A program made the position numbers and the translations under genes. This document shows positions 17,601-26,241 of a stretch of 64,000 nt of DNA, in pieces; position 1 is the stretch's first letter; the number at the start of each line of letters is the position of its first letter. This stretch comes from an uncultured Gammaproteobacteria bacterium (GTDB taxonomy: Bacteria; Patescibacteriota; Patescibacteriia; UBA9570; CAZNEH01), in contig CAZNEH010000001.1 of the NCBI GenBank assembly GCA_964572175.1, forward strand, positions 9,788-73,787. Direction: 5' to 3'. Under the pieces are notes generated by a model, which worked only from the letters and a program-made list of their open reading frames with translations, had not been told where the DNA came from and did not search any database.

Positions 17601-19740
17601 TAAATTAAATGGTAAATATTTTAATGAAGATAAAATGATTCCGGTGTTTGAAAAGTCTGAGAATAGATCAGAGTTGGCAATGATTTATGCTGATAAAACA
17701 ATAGTGGCTAGTATTTTTAATCAGCATTTAGAAGCTATAAAAAGCGGGGATAAGTTTGAAGAATACTCAGATGCTGCTTTGGGATTGTTTCATGTGGTGC
17801 AGCATTATTTTTATGATTCTTTATCTAGGTTGGCAATAATTTCTGAGGTTAGTAAAAAGGATAGAAAGATTTATTTAAAGAAAATATTAAAAGCTAAGAA
17901 GAAATTAAAGAAATGGTCCAAGTATGCCCCGATGAATCATTTGCATAAATTAAAGTTAATAGAAGCGGAATTAGCTAGAGTAAATGGACAAGATAGGCTG
18001 GCTAAGGATTACTATGAGGAGGCAATAAGACTAGCTAAGAAAAATGATTATATTAGGGAAGAGGCTTTGGCTAATGAAGTGGCTGGTAAGTTTTATTTAT
18101 CTCGATCAGACAATAAGTCTAAAGATTATATTAAAGAGGCTTATCAAAAATACTTACAATGGGGAGCTAAAGCCAAGGCAAAACAATTAGAAGAGAAATA
18201 TCCAGAGTTGTTAGGGTTAAAAAAAGAAGATAAGAGTATAGATTTAAATACGGTTATTAAGGCTTCGCAAGCAATTTCAGAAGAAGTAGACTTAGATAAA
18301 CTAAAGCAAAAAATTGTTCAATTGGCTATAGAAAGCGCAGGGGCAGAAAAAGGAAATTTAATATTACTTATAGACAATAAAGTTCAAGATGTTCCAGTGG
18401 CCATAGTTAATTATGTGGCTAGAACTAAAAAAGAATTAGTTTTAAATGATGCTGTTAATGAAGGGCAGTTTACTAAGGATCCCTATGTGATTAAAAATAA
18501 CGTTAGGTCAATTTTATGTATTCCAGTAATGCATCAGGCAGAATTAATCGGGGTTATGTATTTAGAAAATAATATAACTACCCAGGCTTTTACTTCTGAT
18601 CGAGTAGAGTTGTTGGAAATTATTGCTGCCCAAGCTGGGATTTCTTTGGAAAATAGTTTAGACAGAGAGCTGCTTAAAGAAGAAAGAGACAAGGTTAAAA
18701 AGATTTTTGAGTTACTTCCTTTTGGAGTAGTGATTATTGGAAAAGATAAAAAAGTGCAATATGTTAATAGTGAAATTGTAGAACTACTAGGTTATAAATC
18801 AGATAGCGAGCTTTTAAATAAGAATTGCTACGAGGTTTTATGTGGATTCAAGAAAGAAGAATGTCCGGATTGTGATTTTAAACAAGAAGTAAATGAAATG
18901 GAAGGAGTTTTACTTACTAAAGATAAAAAAGAGGTGCCAGTTTTAAAAAGTATTGTTCCTATGGAACTAGAGGGAAAAGAGGTATTATTAGAATCTTTTG
19001 TAGATATTACTGAGCGAAAGAAAGCCAGGAAGCATGTGGAAGAAATGAATGCGTTGCGGAACAAGTTTGTGATGTTGCTTTCTCATCAATTGAGAACACC
19101 TTTAACTTCTATTCGATGGAATTTGGAAACTTTAATTAATGAGAGGTTGGGCAAGATTGGAGATTCGCAAAAAGAATTTTTAAAGTCTGCTTATCAGGCA
19201 GATTTAGAAATTATTCGACGTTTAGATGATATGTTGACAATTATTAATATTAGGGAGGGGCGTAGCGCCTTGGAAAAGGAAGATTCTTCTCTAGAAGTTA
19301 TTTGGAAGTCGTTGTTAGTGGAATTAAAGAAAGAAGCTCAGTTAAAAAATATAGATTTTATTTATGAACCTTCTCCAGAGCCTTTGCCGAATTCATTGCT
19401 TGATCCTAGAGTAATGAGAAAGGTTTTATTTAATTTGGCTACTAATGCCATTATTTACAATAAAGAAGGTGGTAAAGTTTTTGTAAAATTAGAAAAGAAA
19501 GAGAATGTTATTAGATTTGAAGTTAAAGATAATGGAATTGGGATTCCAGCTGCGGAACAGAAAAATATTTTTAAAGAGTTTTTTAGGGCGACTAATGCCT
19601 ATGTTATGATGACTGATGCTACTGGAATTGGGCTGGCTATTTCGAAATACTATGTAGAAGAACATGGGGGAAATATTGGATTTACTAGTAAAGAGGGAGT
19701 GGGTAGTACCTTTTGGTTTGAAATACCTGTTAATAACTAA
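14653..19740 (+). CDS. Ser/Thr kinase-like + AAA ATPase + GAF + PAS + histidine kinase (HstK-type)
   Basis: YISPEQTGR, GYAGIGKS, FFDDLQWAD, SHQLRTPL H-box, DNGIGI and GIGLAI boxes. Confidence 0.9.
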   Translation: MISLKELINKNDLTIADKLKLSANLAEALGKIHQNNIIYKALSPENILVDEEIKKVKIADSEMSSELLIGQREAPESDIPKGDLTYISPEQTGRMNRDIDYRTDYYSLGIVLYELFTQQIPFESIDPLEVIHGHLAKKPIPPQQINKEIPEMVGEIILKCLEKNPEDRYQNAYGLKADLENCFEQIVKTKKIKKFELGKKDAPLAFSVSEKVYGREEEIKELKEAYQRVRTGKTGLALVTGYAGIGKSVLVREFQKEIIGKDNYFLTGKFDQYKRNVYYHAFIETFKDLVNQILAENEKQITEWKEKILKALGENSQLMIDVIPELELIIGKQPPVIELTSTEAQNRFHLVIQKFTQVFATEERQLIFFFDDLQWADLESLKLFELLTTNINSKYLLFVGAYRDNEVDETHPVSLMLKNIQKENVEINTIKVEPLVFEDINQLIADSIKGDLESVKPLTEVAIKKTNGNPFFLIQFLNILYQEGLFEFNEETYVWEWDIEKIKEKDIADNVVDLMTKKFKDFSLETQEVLKLASCIGNKFKLETLAIIYQKNKEETFNDLSQAIKESLIRRSGDDYIFAHDRVQQVAYSLIPKERKQEIHFNIGELLLKNTKEEDLSENIFEVIDQFNFNVDQIKDQKMRDRLANLNLLAGKKAKASVAHDAALGYFKMGIKLLSKDSWEKQYKLSLDLYIEAAEGSFLTSKFKEVDKFCAIASKNAKELLAKAKISEIKGRSYYAQNKMVESFKETLEALNFLGCKFPKKATTVHALISVLKIKWALLGKSNKKIEQIKDMTDPKSLIIMSLLKFSSHSVYRASPNYFPIVISKAIILSLKRGIAPSTGFFFSAYSVVLISTLGDINGGYKYGQLATALSDRSVAKKMKYRTSVIVHGFINHWKKHLKESVDNLLVSYQKQLEFGDNEFAASSLVMYCSYFGFSGKSLNEINKEFETYGRALWQLKQMVDFQDNSIHHQFSYNFVEYEESPDKLNGKYFNEDKMIPVFEKSENRSELAMIYADKTIVASIFNQHLEAIKSGDKFEEYSDAALGLFHVVQHYFYDSLSRLAIISEVSKKDRKIYLKKILKAKKKLKKWSKYAPMNHLHKLKLIEAELARVNGQDRLAKDYYEEAIRLAKKNDYIREEALANEVAGKFYLSRSDNKSKDYIKEAYQKYLQWGAKAKAKQLEEKYPELLGLKKEDKSIDLNTVIKASQAISEEVDLDKLKQKIVQLAIESAGAEKGNLILLIDNKVQDVPVAIVNYVARTKKELVLNDAVNEGQFTKDPYVIKNNVRSILCIPVMHQAELIGVMYLENNITTQAFTSDRVELLEIIAAQAGISLENSLDRELLKEERDKVKKIFELLPFGVVIIGKDKKVQYVNSEIVELLGYKSDSELLNKNCYEVLCGFKKEECPDCDFKQEVNEMEGVLLTKDKKEVPVLKSIVPMELEGKEVLLESFVDITERKKARKHVEEMNALRNKFVMLLSHQLRTPLTSIRWNLETLINERLGKIGDSQKEFLKSAYQADLEIIRRLDDMLTIINIREGRSALEKEDSSLEVIWKSLLVELKKEAQLKNIDFIYEPSPEPLPNSLLDPRVMRKVLFNLATNAIIYNKEGGKVFVKLEKKENVIRFEVKDNGIGIPAAEQKNIFKEFFRATNAYVMMTDATGIGLAISKYYVEEHGGNIGFTSKEGVGSTFWFEIPVNN

Positions 19741-19824
19741 TCATAGTTGACTAATTTTTATAAATGTTATATATTATAGGGGCATTAAATGTATGTAAAA
19801 AGTACATTTTTTGGTTAAAAATAG

Positions 19825-19909
19825 GGGTCGGTACCAAAGCGGTCAAATGGGGCAGACTGTAAATCTGCTGGCATCGCCTTCGCTGGTTCGAATCCAGCCC
19901 GGCCCACCA
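19825..19909 (+). tRNA. tRNA-Tyr(GTA)
   Basis: Cloverleaf, GCAGA-CTGTAAA-TCTGC, long variable arm, CCA. Confidence 0.95.
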
Positions 19910-19949
19910 GTGGCGTTTGCTACGCAACCGCACTGGCACGCCTCCCCGC

Positions 19950-20023
19950 GCCACCCTAGCTCAGCTGGTCAGAGCAACTGTTTTGTAAACAGTAGGTCGT
20001 CGGTTCGACTCCGACGGGTGGCT
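19950..20023 (+). tRNA. tRNA-Thr(TGT)
   Basis: GCCACCC/GGGTGGC acceptor, ACTGT-TTTGTAA-ACAGT; CCA not encoded. Confidence 0.95.
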
Positions 20024-20123
20024 CAGAAATATAATTAAGTAGATCTGGACAAGCCAGATCATAACAGCACTGTTAAGATGGGCTGTTGTGACCGAGCTTG
20101 CCTAGGTCATAAAAAAGTAAAAT

Positions 20124-20279
20124 ATGTCTCAAGATCGATTGATCAAACTGGAATGCACTGAATGCAAACGAGTAACTCATCATTCTTTTAAGAACAAAAA
20201 GATTCATAAGGAAAGATTAGAGTTAAGTAAGTTCTGTAAATTCTGTAAAAAGCATACCCCTCACAAAGAAACTAAATAA
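20124..20279 (+). CDS. rpmG: 50S ribosomal protein L33 (Zn-binding type)
   Basis: [16 protein letters not shown]...[20 protein letters not shown]; in tRNA-Tyr/Thr/Trp cluster. Confidence 0.95.
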   Translation: MSQDRLIKLECTECKRVTHHSFKNKKIHKERLELSKFCKFCKKHTPHKETK

Positions 20280-20285
20280 TTTTAT

Positions 20286-20723
20286 ATGGAGGATAAAAAT
20301 TGTGTCTTTTGTAACGAGGAACAAATAGCGGCTCATCAGATTTATGAGACCAAGCTTTTTAGGATTTTAATTGATAAGAAGCCGATTGCGGCCGGACATT
20401 GTTTAATTGTTACTAAGCGACATACTCCATCTTTTAGCTATTTGAATCAAGACGAAGTAGAAGAATTTGCCTATCTAATTAAAAAGTTGGGCTTAGCGTT
20501 GATGCGGGCAGTTCGTGCTGAAGGATACAATGTGTTGTTTAATGAAGGAACTGCGGCCGGACAAACAGTAAATCATTTTCATATTCACGTAATTCCTCGC
20601 CAGCAAGAAACAGCGGATATTAATCCTAAAGATGTTTTAGCTAAAGCCTTAAAAGCAAGAAAAGAATTAAGTATAGAAGAAGTAAAAGAAGCTCGAGAAA
20701 ATCTTTCCAAAGAGATTTATTAA
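20286..20723 (+). CDS. HIT family hydrolase
   Basis: CVFC; AGQTVNHFHIHVIPR. Confidence 0.95.
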   Translation: MEDKNCVFCNEEQIAAHQIYETKLFRILIDKKPIAAGHCLIVTKRHTPSFSYLNQDEVEEFAYLIKKLGLALMRAVRAEGYNVLFNEGTAAGQTVNHFHIHVIPRQQETADINPKDVLAKALKARKELSIEEVKEARENLSKEIY

Positions 20724-20728
20724 AATAT

Positions 20729-20803
20729 GGGGGCGTAGCTCCAATTGGCTAGAGCACTGGTCTCCAAAACCAGGTGTTGCAGGTTCGAATCCTGCCGCCC
20801 CCG
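20729..20803 (+). tRNA. tRNA-Trp(CCA)
   Basis: GGGGGCG/CGCCCCC acceptor, CTGGT-CTCCAAA-ACCAG. Confidence 0.95.
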
Positions 20804-20807
20804 CAGT

Positions 20808-21416
20808 ATGAATATAGTGCACAGAAAATTATTCCACATCGGAACTATCTTGCCTTTTGCTATTTTAATCTTTTTTATTGATGACCAAATTCCGCGGTCA
20901 TTTTTTATTTGGATAGGAGCAGCCTTGTTTATAATTTTTGCTTTATTTGAATATTATAGATTTAAAGAAAGGAAAATTCAAGAGATGTTAATGAAGAATT
21001 TTTCTAGCTTGTTTAAGGAAAAGGAAAAGGAAAATATTACGGCTTTGATATTTGGGCCAGTGGCTTTGATTATTTTGGTTTTGTTTTTTAGTAAGTTTGC
21101 CGTGGTGTCTGCGGTATGGGTGGGATGCATTAGTGATTCTGTGGCGGCGATTGTGGGGACTAAATATGGGACTAAGAAAAATCATTTAGGAAAAACTTGG
21201 GAAGGAACTGCTGGTTATTTTGTGTCTGCGTTTATTTTGTTGATTTTGCTTAATATTTTATTAAGCAGCCCAATTAGTTGGTTTTTCTTGTTGGGAGTGG
21301 CCCTGCTGGCGGCGTTAGTAGAGCGGGTAACTAGTATTTTAGATGATAATTTGGTAGTGCCAGTTGTAGTAGCAATAGCTATTGAATTGTTGTATAATAT
21401 AAGTGTAATATTTTAA
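20808..21416 (+). CDS. Phytol/dolichol kinase-like (CTP-transferase family) membrane protein
   Basis: RKLFH, DSVAAIVG, KTWEG, DDNLVVP; start moved past tRNA-Trp. Confidence 0.85.
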   Translation: MNIVHRKLFHIGTILPFAILIFFIDDQIPRSFFIWIGAALFIIFALFEYYRFKERKIQEMLMKNFSSLFKEKEKENITALIFGPVALIILVLFFSKFAVVSAVWVGCISDSVAAIVGTKYGTKKNHLGKTWEGTAGYFVSAFILLILLNILLSSPISWFFLLGVALLAALVERVTSILDDNLVVPVVVAIAIELLYNISVIF

Positions 21417-21426
21417 CTTAAAATAT

Positions 21427-22707
21427 ATGGCTAGAAGACATGGGGCGAAAAGAAATTTACCAGGAGGTGCTTTCCCAACTGGTTATGGACGAGAAGCTCA
21501 CTTAAGAGGTGGGGATTTTGATGCAGACGGAGCTGTTAAAAAAGGAAAGAAAGACTCTTTAGAAGAAGCAGGGGGGAGAACTGGTAGAGTTAGAGAATTA
21601 GATAGAAGAGGTTCTAAAGAAAAACAAGAGTTAACTCCAGATCAAGAATTGGTAGCAATGTGGAGGACTGTTGATAATGCGGCTCATATGGGAGGGTATA
21701 ATATTAGTTCGTTAAAGGATAGAATAAAAGCAGAGTTGCAGAGAAGGTATGAAGAAGATGGTTTAAGATCTGCTGATTTTGGAATTAAAGAAGCATTGGA
21801 GTTAATAAAAAATCCTCCAGAGCAACCAGTAACTGAAGAAAGTGTATTTGGTCATGAGCCCAGCGATGAAGCTAGGGACAGGTTTTGGCAGAGATTAAAA
21901 GAATTAAATGATGCTGGAGATTATGAAATACTTGGTAGAAAAGGGGGCCTTGAGCAAATAGCTAGAGAAGTAGAAAGAAAGATTGAGGGTGAGAAAATAG
22001 CCCTTGAACAGTTTAGGGGTTTTTATGAAAGAGTAGTTGGTGATCCAGAAGAGAATCCAGAGGTCGTAAAAGAGGGGGCTAAGTTATTAGCGAAATGGTT
22101 ATCAGAAGGAAATGATGTAAACGATATAACTACAGAGCTTTTAAGCGGAATGGCTATGAATGCAGAGGCTGAGGTTCAGTATAGGGAGTATGAGGAGGGC
22201 TTAGATAAGGTAGAAATAGATCCAAAATTTAAAATAACTACCATTGAAAATCTTACCCCGATTAATCTTTGGGCAGATTTACGAGGAATTGAAGAAAGAG
22301 ATGATGATTTTATTAGAGAATTAGCCAGAGACATAGAGGTAATTCACGCTAGTCCAGAAGCAGTTTCTTTATTGAATGATCATATAGTAGAAATTAGGAG
22401 TTTTTTAGAAAAGTATAAAGATGAATTAGATGAGGATGTTCCGAGATTGGATGGAGAAGATGAGGTAGATTCTTTTTTAAGATCTTATTTGCGGGCAGCC
22501 TTTGGGCAGTTTAATGTTGAGACCCCAGGAATAAGACTATCTGATCTTTCTTTAATATTAAAAGGCTCTTTTAGTGATTATGCTCGTCAGATCTTAGCTG
22601 TTTTTTTTGGAAATAGAGGCTTATTAAGAAATGAGATAAAAGAAGAGTTGGATAGAATTTATAATAGCTTTGACGCTAGACTTGATCAAGATTTTAAAGA
22701 TAGATAA
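21427..22707 (+). CDS. Hypothetical protein, Arg-rich N-terminus and acidic body
   Basis: Long ORF with host-like codon use; no motif recognised. Confidence 0.7.
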   Translation: MARRHGAKRNLPGGAFPTGYGREAHLRGGDFDADGAVKKGKKDSLEEAGGRTGRVRELDRRGSKEKQELTPDQELVAMWRTVDNAAHMGGYNISSLKDRIKAELQRRYEEDGLRSADFGIKEALELIKNPPEQPVTEESVFGHEPSDEARDRFWQRLKELNDAGDYEILGRKGGLEQIAREVERKIEGEKIALEQFRGFYERVVGDPEENPEVVKEGAKLLAKWLSEGNDVNDITTELLSGMAMNAEAEVQYREYEEGLDKVEIDPKFKITTIENLTPINLWADLRGIEERDDDFIRELARDIEVIHASPEAVSLLNDHIVEIRSFLEKYKDELDEDVPRLDGEDEVDSFLRSYLRAAFGQFNVETPGIRLSDLSLILKGSFSDYARQILAVFFGNRGLLRNEIKEELDRIYNSFDARLDQDFKDR

Positions 22708-22712
22708 AATAT

Positions 22713-24164
22713 ATGGCTAGAAGAACAAGGGCTCAACAAAGAGCAAGAAAAGCAAGAATTAGAAAAGAGGTTGCCGGAACTAGGGCGGCTTTGCCGACTT
22801 TGGATAGTTCTGTTGAGCCAGAAAAAAAACCGGTTAAACTCACTAAACCAGTTCATGTCTCAGAATCAGCTTCCTACACTAAAGACACACAAGAAGAATA
22901 TAATTCAGATGAAGGAATAGAGGGTTCTTTTTTAGTCTCTGATGATTCTGAAGCAGAGCCTAAATTTGTTGGCATTCCTCAGCGAACTGAATCTAGATAT
23001 GGAGCAAGAAAAGGTTCTAAAACCAGGGTTAAGTCTAGTACAGCTATGACTAGAGGTATAACTGATCATGGAATTGGTAAAAGAGTATGGCCAGCACAAG
23101 GAAGAGTTAGAGATGAGGCGCAGACTAGTAAGTATCAAAAACAAGTTAATGAAGAACGTTATGGTTTAAAAGAAGACAATGATGAGTTAATGGAGCAATA
23201 TCATCAATGGAAAATTCAGGGTCATCAAGAAGATGATTTTCCAAAGTTTAAACAAGAATTAAATCCCGAGCCAGTTCGAGAAGAATTTTTACCGCCTCAG
23301 CCAAGAGACATAAGCGAGTCTCCTTATGAGATTAGAATAAGTCGAGAAGAAATGGAGGAGATGAAAAAGAATCTAGCTGAGGCTCAGTTTTTATTGCGGC
23401 GAAAACCAGATCAAGGAATTACAGGTAGCGGATTAAAAGAGAGTATGGCGGTGAGTCAAGATAGTAAAAAGAAGTTGAGAGGCGAGAAGCTTAGGGGTAT
23501 TAGAAGAAAGTTGCGTGAATCTTCAGAAAGAGACAGGCAATCATCAGAAGAGCATCAACGAGTAGAAGAAGTTAAAAATATTATTAGAGAATTAAAAGAT
23601 ATTCAGGCAGGAATAGATCTTAAAGCTTTAATAAGTGATTCAGTTGAAGATGCTATTGAAGATTTAATAAGAAGGGCTAAGCTTGTTTTTAGAGACCTAG
23701 AAAATATAAAAGAAATTGATCGTTTAAGTGGACTAATGGAAAATTATAGATATGGAGATGCTCCAAAATTGGATCTTAGTATAATTAAGTATTTAAAATT
23801 TAAAGACGAGTTTTTAGATGTCACAAAAGTTCCTGTTTCGGAAAGAACAGGTAATTTAGAAGTTGAGTATACTGATGTATCATCAAAATATGAGTTGCAA
23901 GATGTTCGCCCTTCTTATGAAGAAAGAAAGGGTAAAAGAGATGAAAAAAAGGCTGATTCAGGAAGACAAAGAGCGCGTCGAGAAAGAGAAATGATGAAAG
24001 AGCCTTCAATGATGGCAATGAAAATTGCTGAAGAAAGAGATTTAAGTTTAGAGGAGGAAAGAAAATTAGAAAGTATATTAACTGGCTTAAATAGAAAAGG
24101 TCTTTCTTTAGAAGATCTAGGAAGAAGAGATATTGATCAGATTTTAGAATTAGCTGCGAAATAA
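22713..24164 (+). CDS. Hypothetical charged protein, Arg-rich N-terminus
   Basis: Long ORF, low complexity, coiled-coil-like. Confidence 0.7.
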   Translation: MARRTRAQQRARKARIRKEVAGTRAALPTLDSSVEPEKKPVKLTKPVHVSESASYTKDTQEEYNSDEGIEGSFLVSDDSEAEPKFVGIPQRTESRYGARKGSKTRVKSSTAMTRGITDHGIGKRVWPAQGRVRDEAQTSKYQKQVNEERYGLKEDNDELMEQYHQWKIQGHQEDDFPKFKQELNPEPVREEFLPPQPRDISESPYEIRISREEMEEMKKNLAEAQFLLRRKPDQGITGSGLKESMAVSQDSKKKLRGEKLRGIRRKLRESSERDRQSSEEHQRVEEVKNIIRELKDIQAGIDLKALISDSVEDAIEDLIRRAKLVFRDLENIKEIDRLSGLMENYRYGDAPKLDLSIIKYLKFKDEFLDVTKVPVSERTGNLEVEYTDVSSKYELQDVRPSYEERKGKRDEKKADSGRQRARREREMMKEPSMMAMKIAEERDLSLEEERKLESILTGLNRKGLSLEDLGRRDIDQILELAAK

Positions 24165-24178
24165 ACTTTAAATAAAAT

Positions 24179-24219
24179 TCCCCCTCTCCAGACGTGGAGA
24201 GGGGGCTAGGGGGAGAGGA
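24179..24219. repeat. REP-like palindromic element
   Basis: CCCCTCTCC-AGACGT-GGAGAGGGG-GCTAGGGGGAGAGG between convergent genes. Confidence 0.6.
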
Positions 24220-24222
24220 AGT

Positions 24223-25860
24223 CTAGTCTATCCTAAGTTTGTGGATATATCGAGAATTTTTAATTTTATTGCCATCTTGCCAAAGTTGGAAGGTTAGGGT
24301 GTTTTTCTTTTTCTTTAAACCAGAAATGTCTTGAAGATTGAAAGTAAAATGTCCGCGAGAAGGGTTGTCGACTTTAGCGTCGTCGAGGTAAGTTAAGAAT
24401 TCTCCATTAACATATAAGGCAGTGTCATCAGCGCGCCAAGTAGAGGTGCCTTTGTTTTTATAGTTTAAAGTTACTTCTGGGTTCCAGCCTTCTTGAATAG
24501 CGGTGGGTAAATTTTGGTTTTTTAAGACCGCGTGGTAAGGACTGTCGACACGATAGGTGATGTAGGTGCGGGACTTGGAAATATACTGATCCTCGTCGCG
24601 GAAAAGACGTAAGGAAATAGTGTGTTCGCCGCGAGTATCAAAATCCCATTTAAAATTAAAAGTATATTCTTCTCCTACAGCGACTTTTTCTTTAATGTAG
24701 ATTTTTTTCTTTTGTAAAGTTTCAGGGTCGCGGACTTTTAAGTAGACTTTGTTTTTTGGAAAGTTTCGTTCTCCAGTATTTTTATATTTAACAGTAATAG
24801 TTTCTTGGGTGTCGATTAAGTAAGCAGTATCGAAAGAGTGTTCTTTTAGCTTGGCCTTACGGGCTTTAGCCACTTGTAAAGAAGAATATTTGTTTTTAGA
24901 TTTACTTATAATAGTATCTAGTTGGTCGTAGATTAGATTGCCCGGACAAGCAGTGTAATCAATATCTTTGTGGCCAATAACCGCATCAACCATAGAGCCT
25001 TGTAAGTTTCGTTGACCGTTTAAAGAAATACTTAGGTCAGAGGCTTTGTTAGAAATTAGATTAGTTAAAGCACTTTGGATTTGAGAAGTGTATTCATCAG
25101 GTTCTGAACAAGCAGTTTCGTCGTAGCAGCCCATAACAGAGATGCCAATGGTGTACTGGTTGTAATCTATATTAGTGTAATCATTATAAGCATGAGCTCC
25201 GATAACTTTGTCGCCTCCGTAGCGGCCTTCGTAGATGTTTCCGCTTTTGTCGATAAGGTAATTATAACCAATGTCGCCCCAGCCTAGGATTTGAGCGTGA
25301 TAATAGTAAATACCACGAACTGTGGCCATTGGGTCGTCTCCGCCATCAGAGCCGGCAGTGTGGTGAATAACAAAAGTTGTAGGCTCGGTATAGCTTGGTT
25401 CCCAAAAACGATAGCTATCATCAGCGCCCCATTCGTCGCGAGTAACTACGTCGATGCTGTATTTGGTTTGGAGTAATTCTAATTCTGTGGAAACAGAGTT
25501 GGTTAGAGATGGCTCTGGAGCTGGACGAGAATCGAAATAAGAAATTTCTAAAGGAACGTTAGTTGAGATATTTAGCTGAGTGCTTATTTCAAAGATAGGA
25601 TCAGAGAAATAATGACCAGGATTACCAGGATAAGCTCCTTCCATTGCCTCTATTAAAGTATTATTTATTGTTATTTTAGGATTTGAGTATTCTTTAGACC
25701 ATTTTACGCCAAAGCCGTTGAATTCAAAGTCTGTAGTGATTTGATAGTCACCTGGGTCTATATTTATTGTGTTAGAAGTAGTTTCGGCTAAAACTGTGGA
25801 AGAAAATAAAAAACTTGCTAAAAGCAAGAATGAAATTATTAAGAAAGTATTTTTTTTCAT
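24223..25860 (-). CDS. Secreted N-acetylmuramoyl-L-alanine amidase (Amidase_2/PGRP) with Ig-like C-terminal domains
   Basis: VIHHTAG, GWGDIGYNY, IGHKD..TACPG; signal peptide. Confidence 0.9.
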   Translation of the reverse strand: MKKNTFLIISFLLLASFLFSSTVLAETTSNTINIDPGDYQITTDFEFNGFGVKWSKEYSNPKITINNTLIEAMEGAYPGNPGHYFSDPIFEISTQLNISTNVPLEISYFDSRPAPEPSLTNSVSTELELLQTKYSIDVVTRDEWGADDSYRFWEPSYTEPTTFVIHHTAGSDGGDDPMATVRGIYYYHAQILGWGDIGYNYLIDKSGNIYEGRYGGDKVIGAHAYNDYTNIDYNQYTIGISVMGCYDETACSEPDEYTSQIQSALTNLISNKASDLSISLNGQRNLQGSMVDAVIGHKDIDYTACPGNLIYDQLDTIISKSKNKYSSLQVAKARKAKLKEHSFDTAYLIDTQETITVKYKNTGERNFPKNKVYLKVRDPETLQKKKIYIKEKVAVGEEYTFNFKWDFDTRGEHTISLRLFRDEDQYISKSRTYITYRVDSPYHAVLKNQNLPTAIQEGWNPEVTLNYKNKGTSTWRADDTALYVNGEFLTYLDDAKVDNPSRGHFTFNLQDISGLKKKKNTLTFQLWQDGNKIKNSRYIHKLRID

Positions 25861-25909
25861 GTTTTTATTTTAGGGCGTTATTCTATTATAGCAAAAAAAA
25901 GAGCCCTCG

Positions 25910-26167
25910 TCAAGATGAATCGAGGAGGGCGAGAGGATCGTCCTGGCGGACGTGTTGTGATCGCTTGAGGGTCGGCAGCCAGTTGGGTACCTCGCGAAGC
26001 TGGGTGATGGTTCGTTGCCCAGAGATGCCGTGGTAGCCTTGGAGTGGTCCAGAGCGAATCTTGGTCCACCGGGGATGGTTGGTGAAGACCCACCAGCCAC
26101 GTTCGTTTTTGACTCGCAAGAAGATGATGGTGTGTCCGTCTTTGCGAGAGACGTAGGATTCGAACAT
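25910..26167 (-). CDS. GC-rich 85-aa orphan gene (solitary cassette)
   Basis: MFESYVSRKDG...; TTGACT-N17-TATAAG, GGAG RBS, GCCCTC/GAGGGC hairpin plus T-run. Confidence 0.6.
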   Translation of the reverse strand: MFESYVSRKDGHTIIFLRVKNERGWWVFTNHPRWTKIRSGPLQGYHGISGQRTITQLREVPNWLPTLKRSQHVRQDDPLALLDSS

Positions 26168-26241
26168 GAGTTTCTCCGGGTTGAGGTGTAGTTTTCTTAT
26201 ATCATTGATTTTAACTTGAGTCAAGGGTATAATAAAGACAT

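Noticed and set aside
19751-20807. ORFs 19751..19954, 19811..20038 and the extension 20745-20807
   Set aside because: They are translations of tRNA genes.
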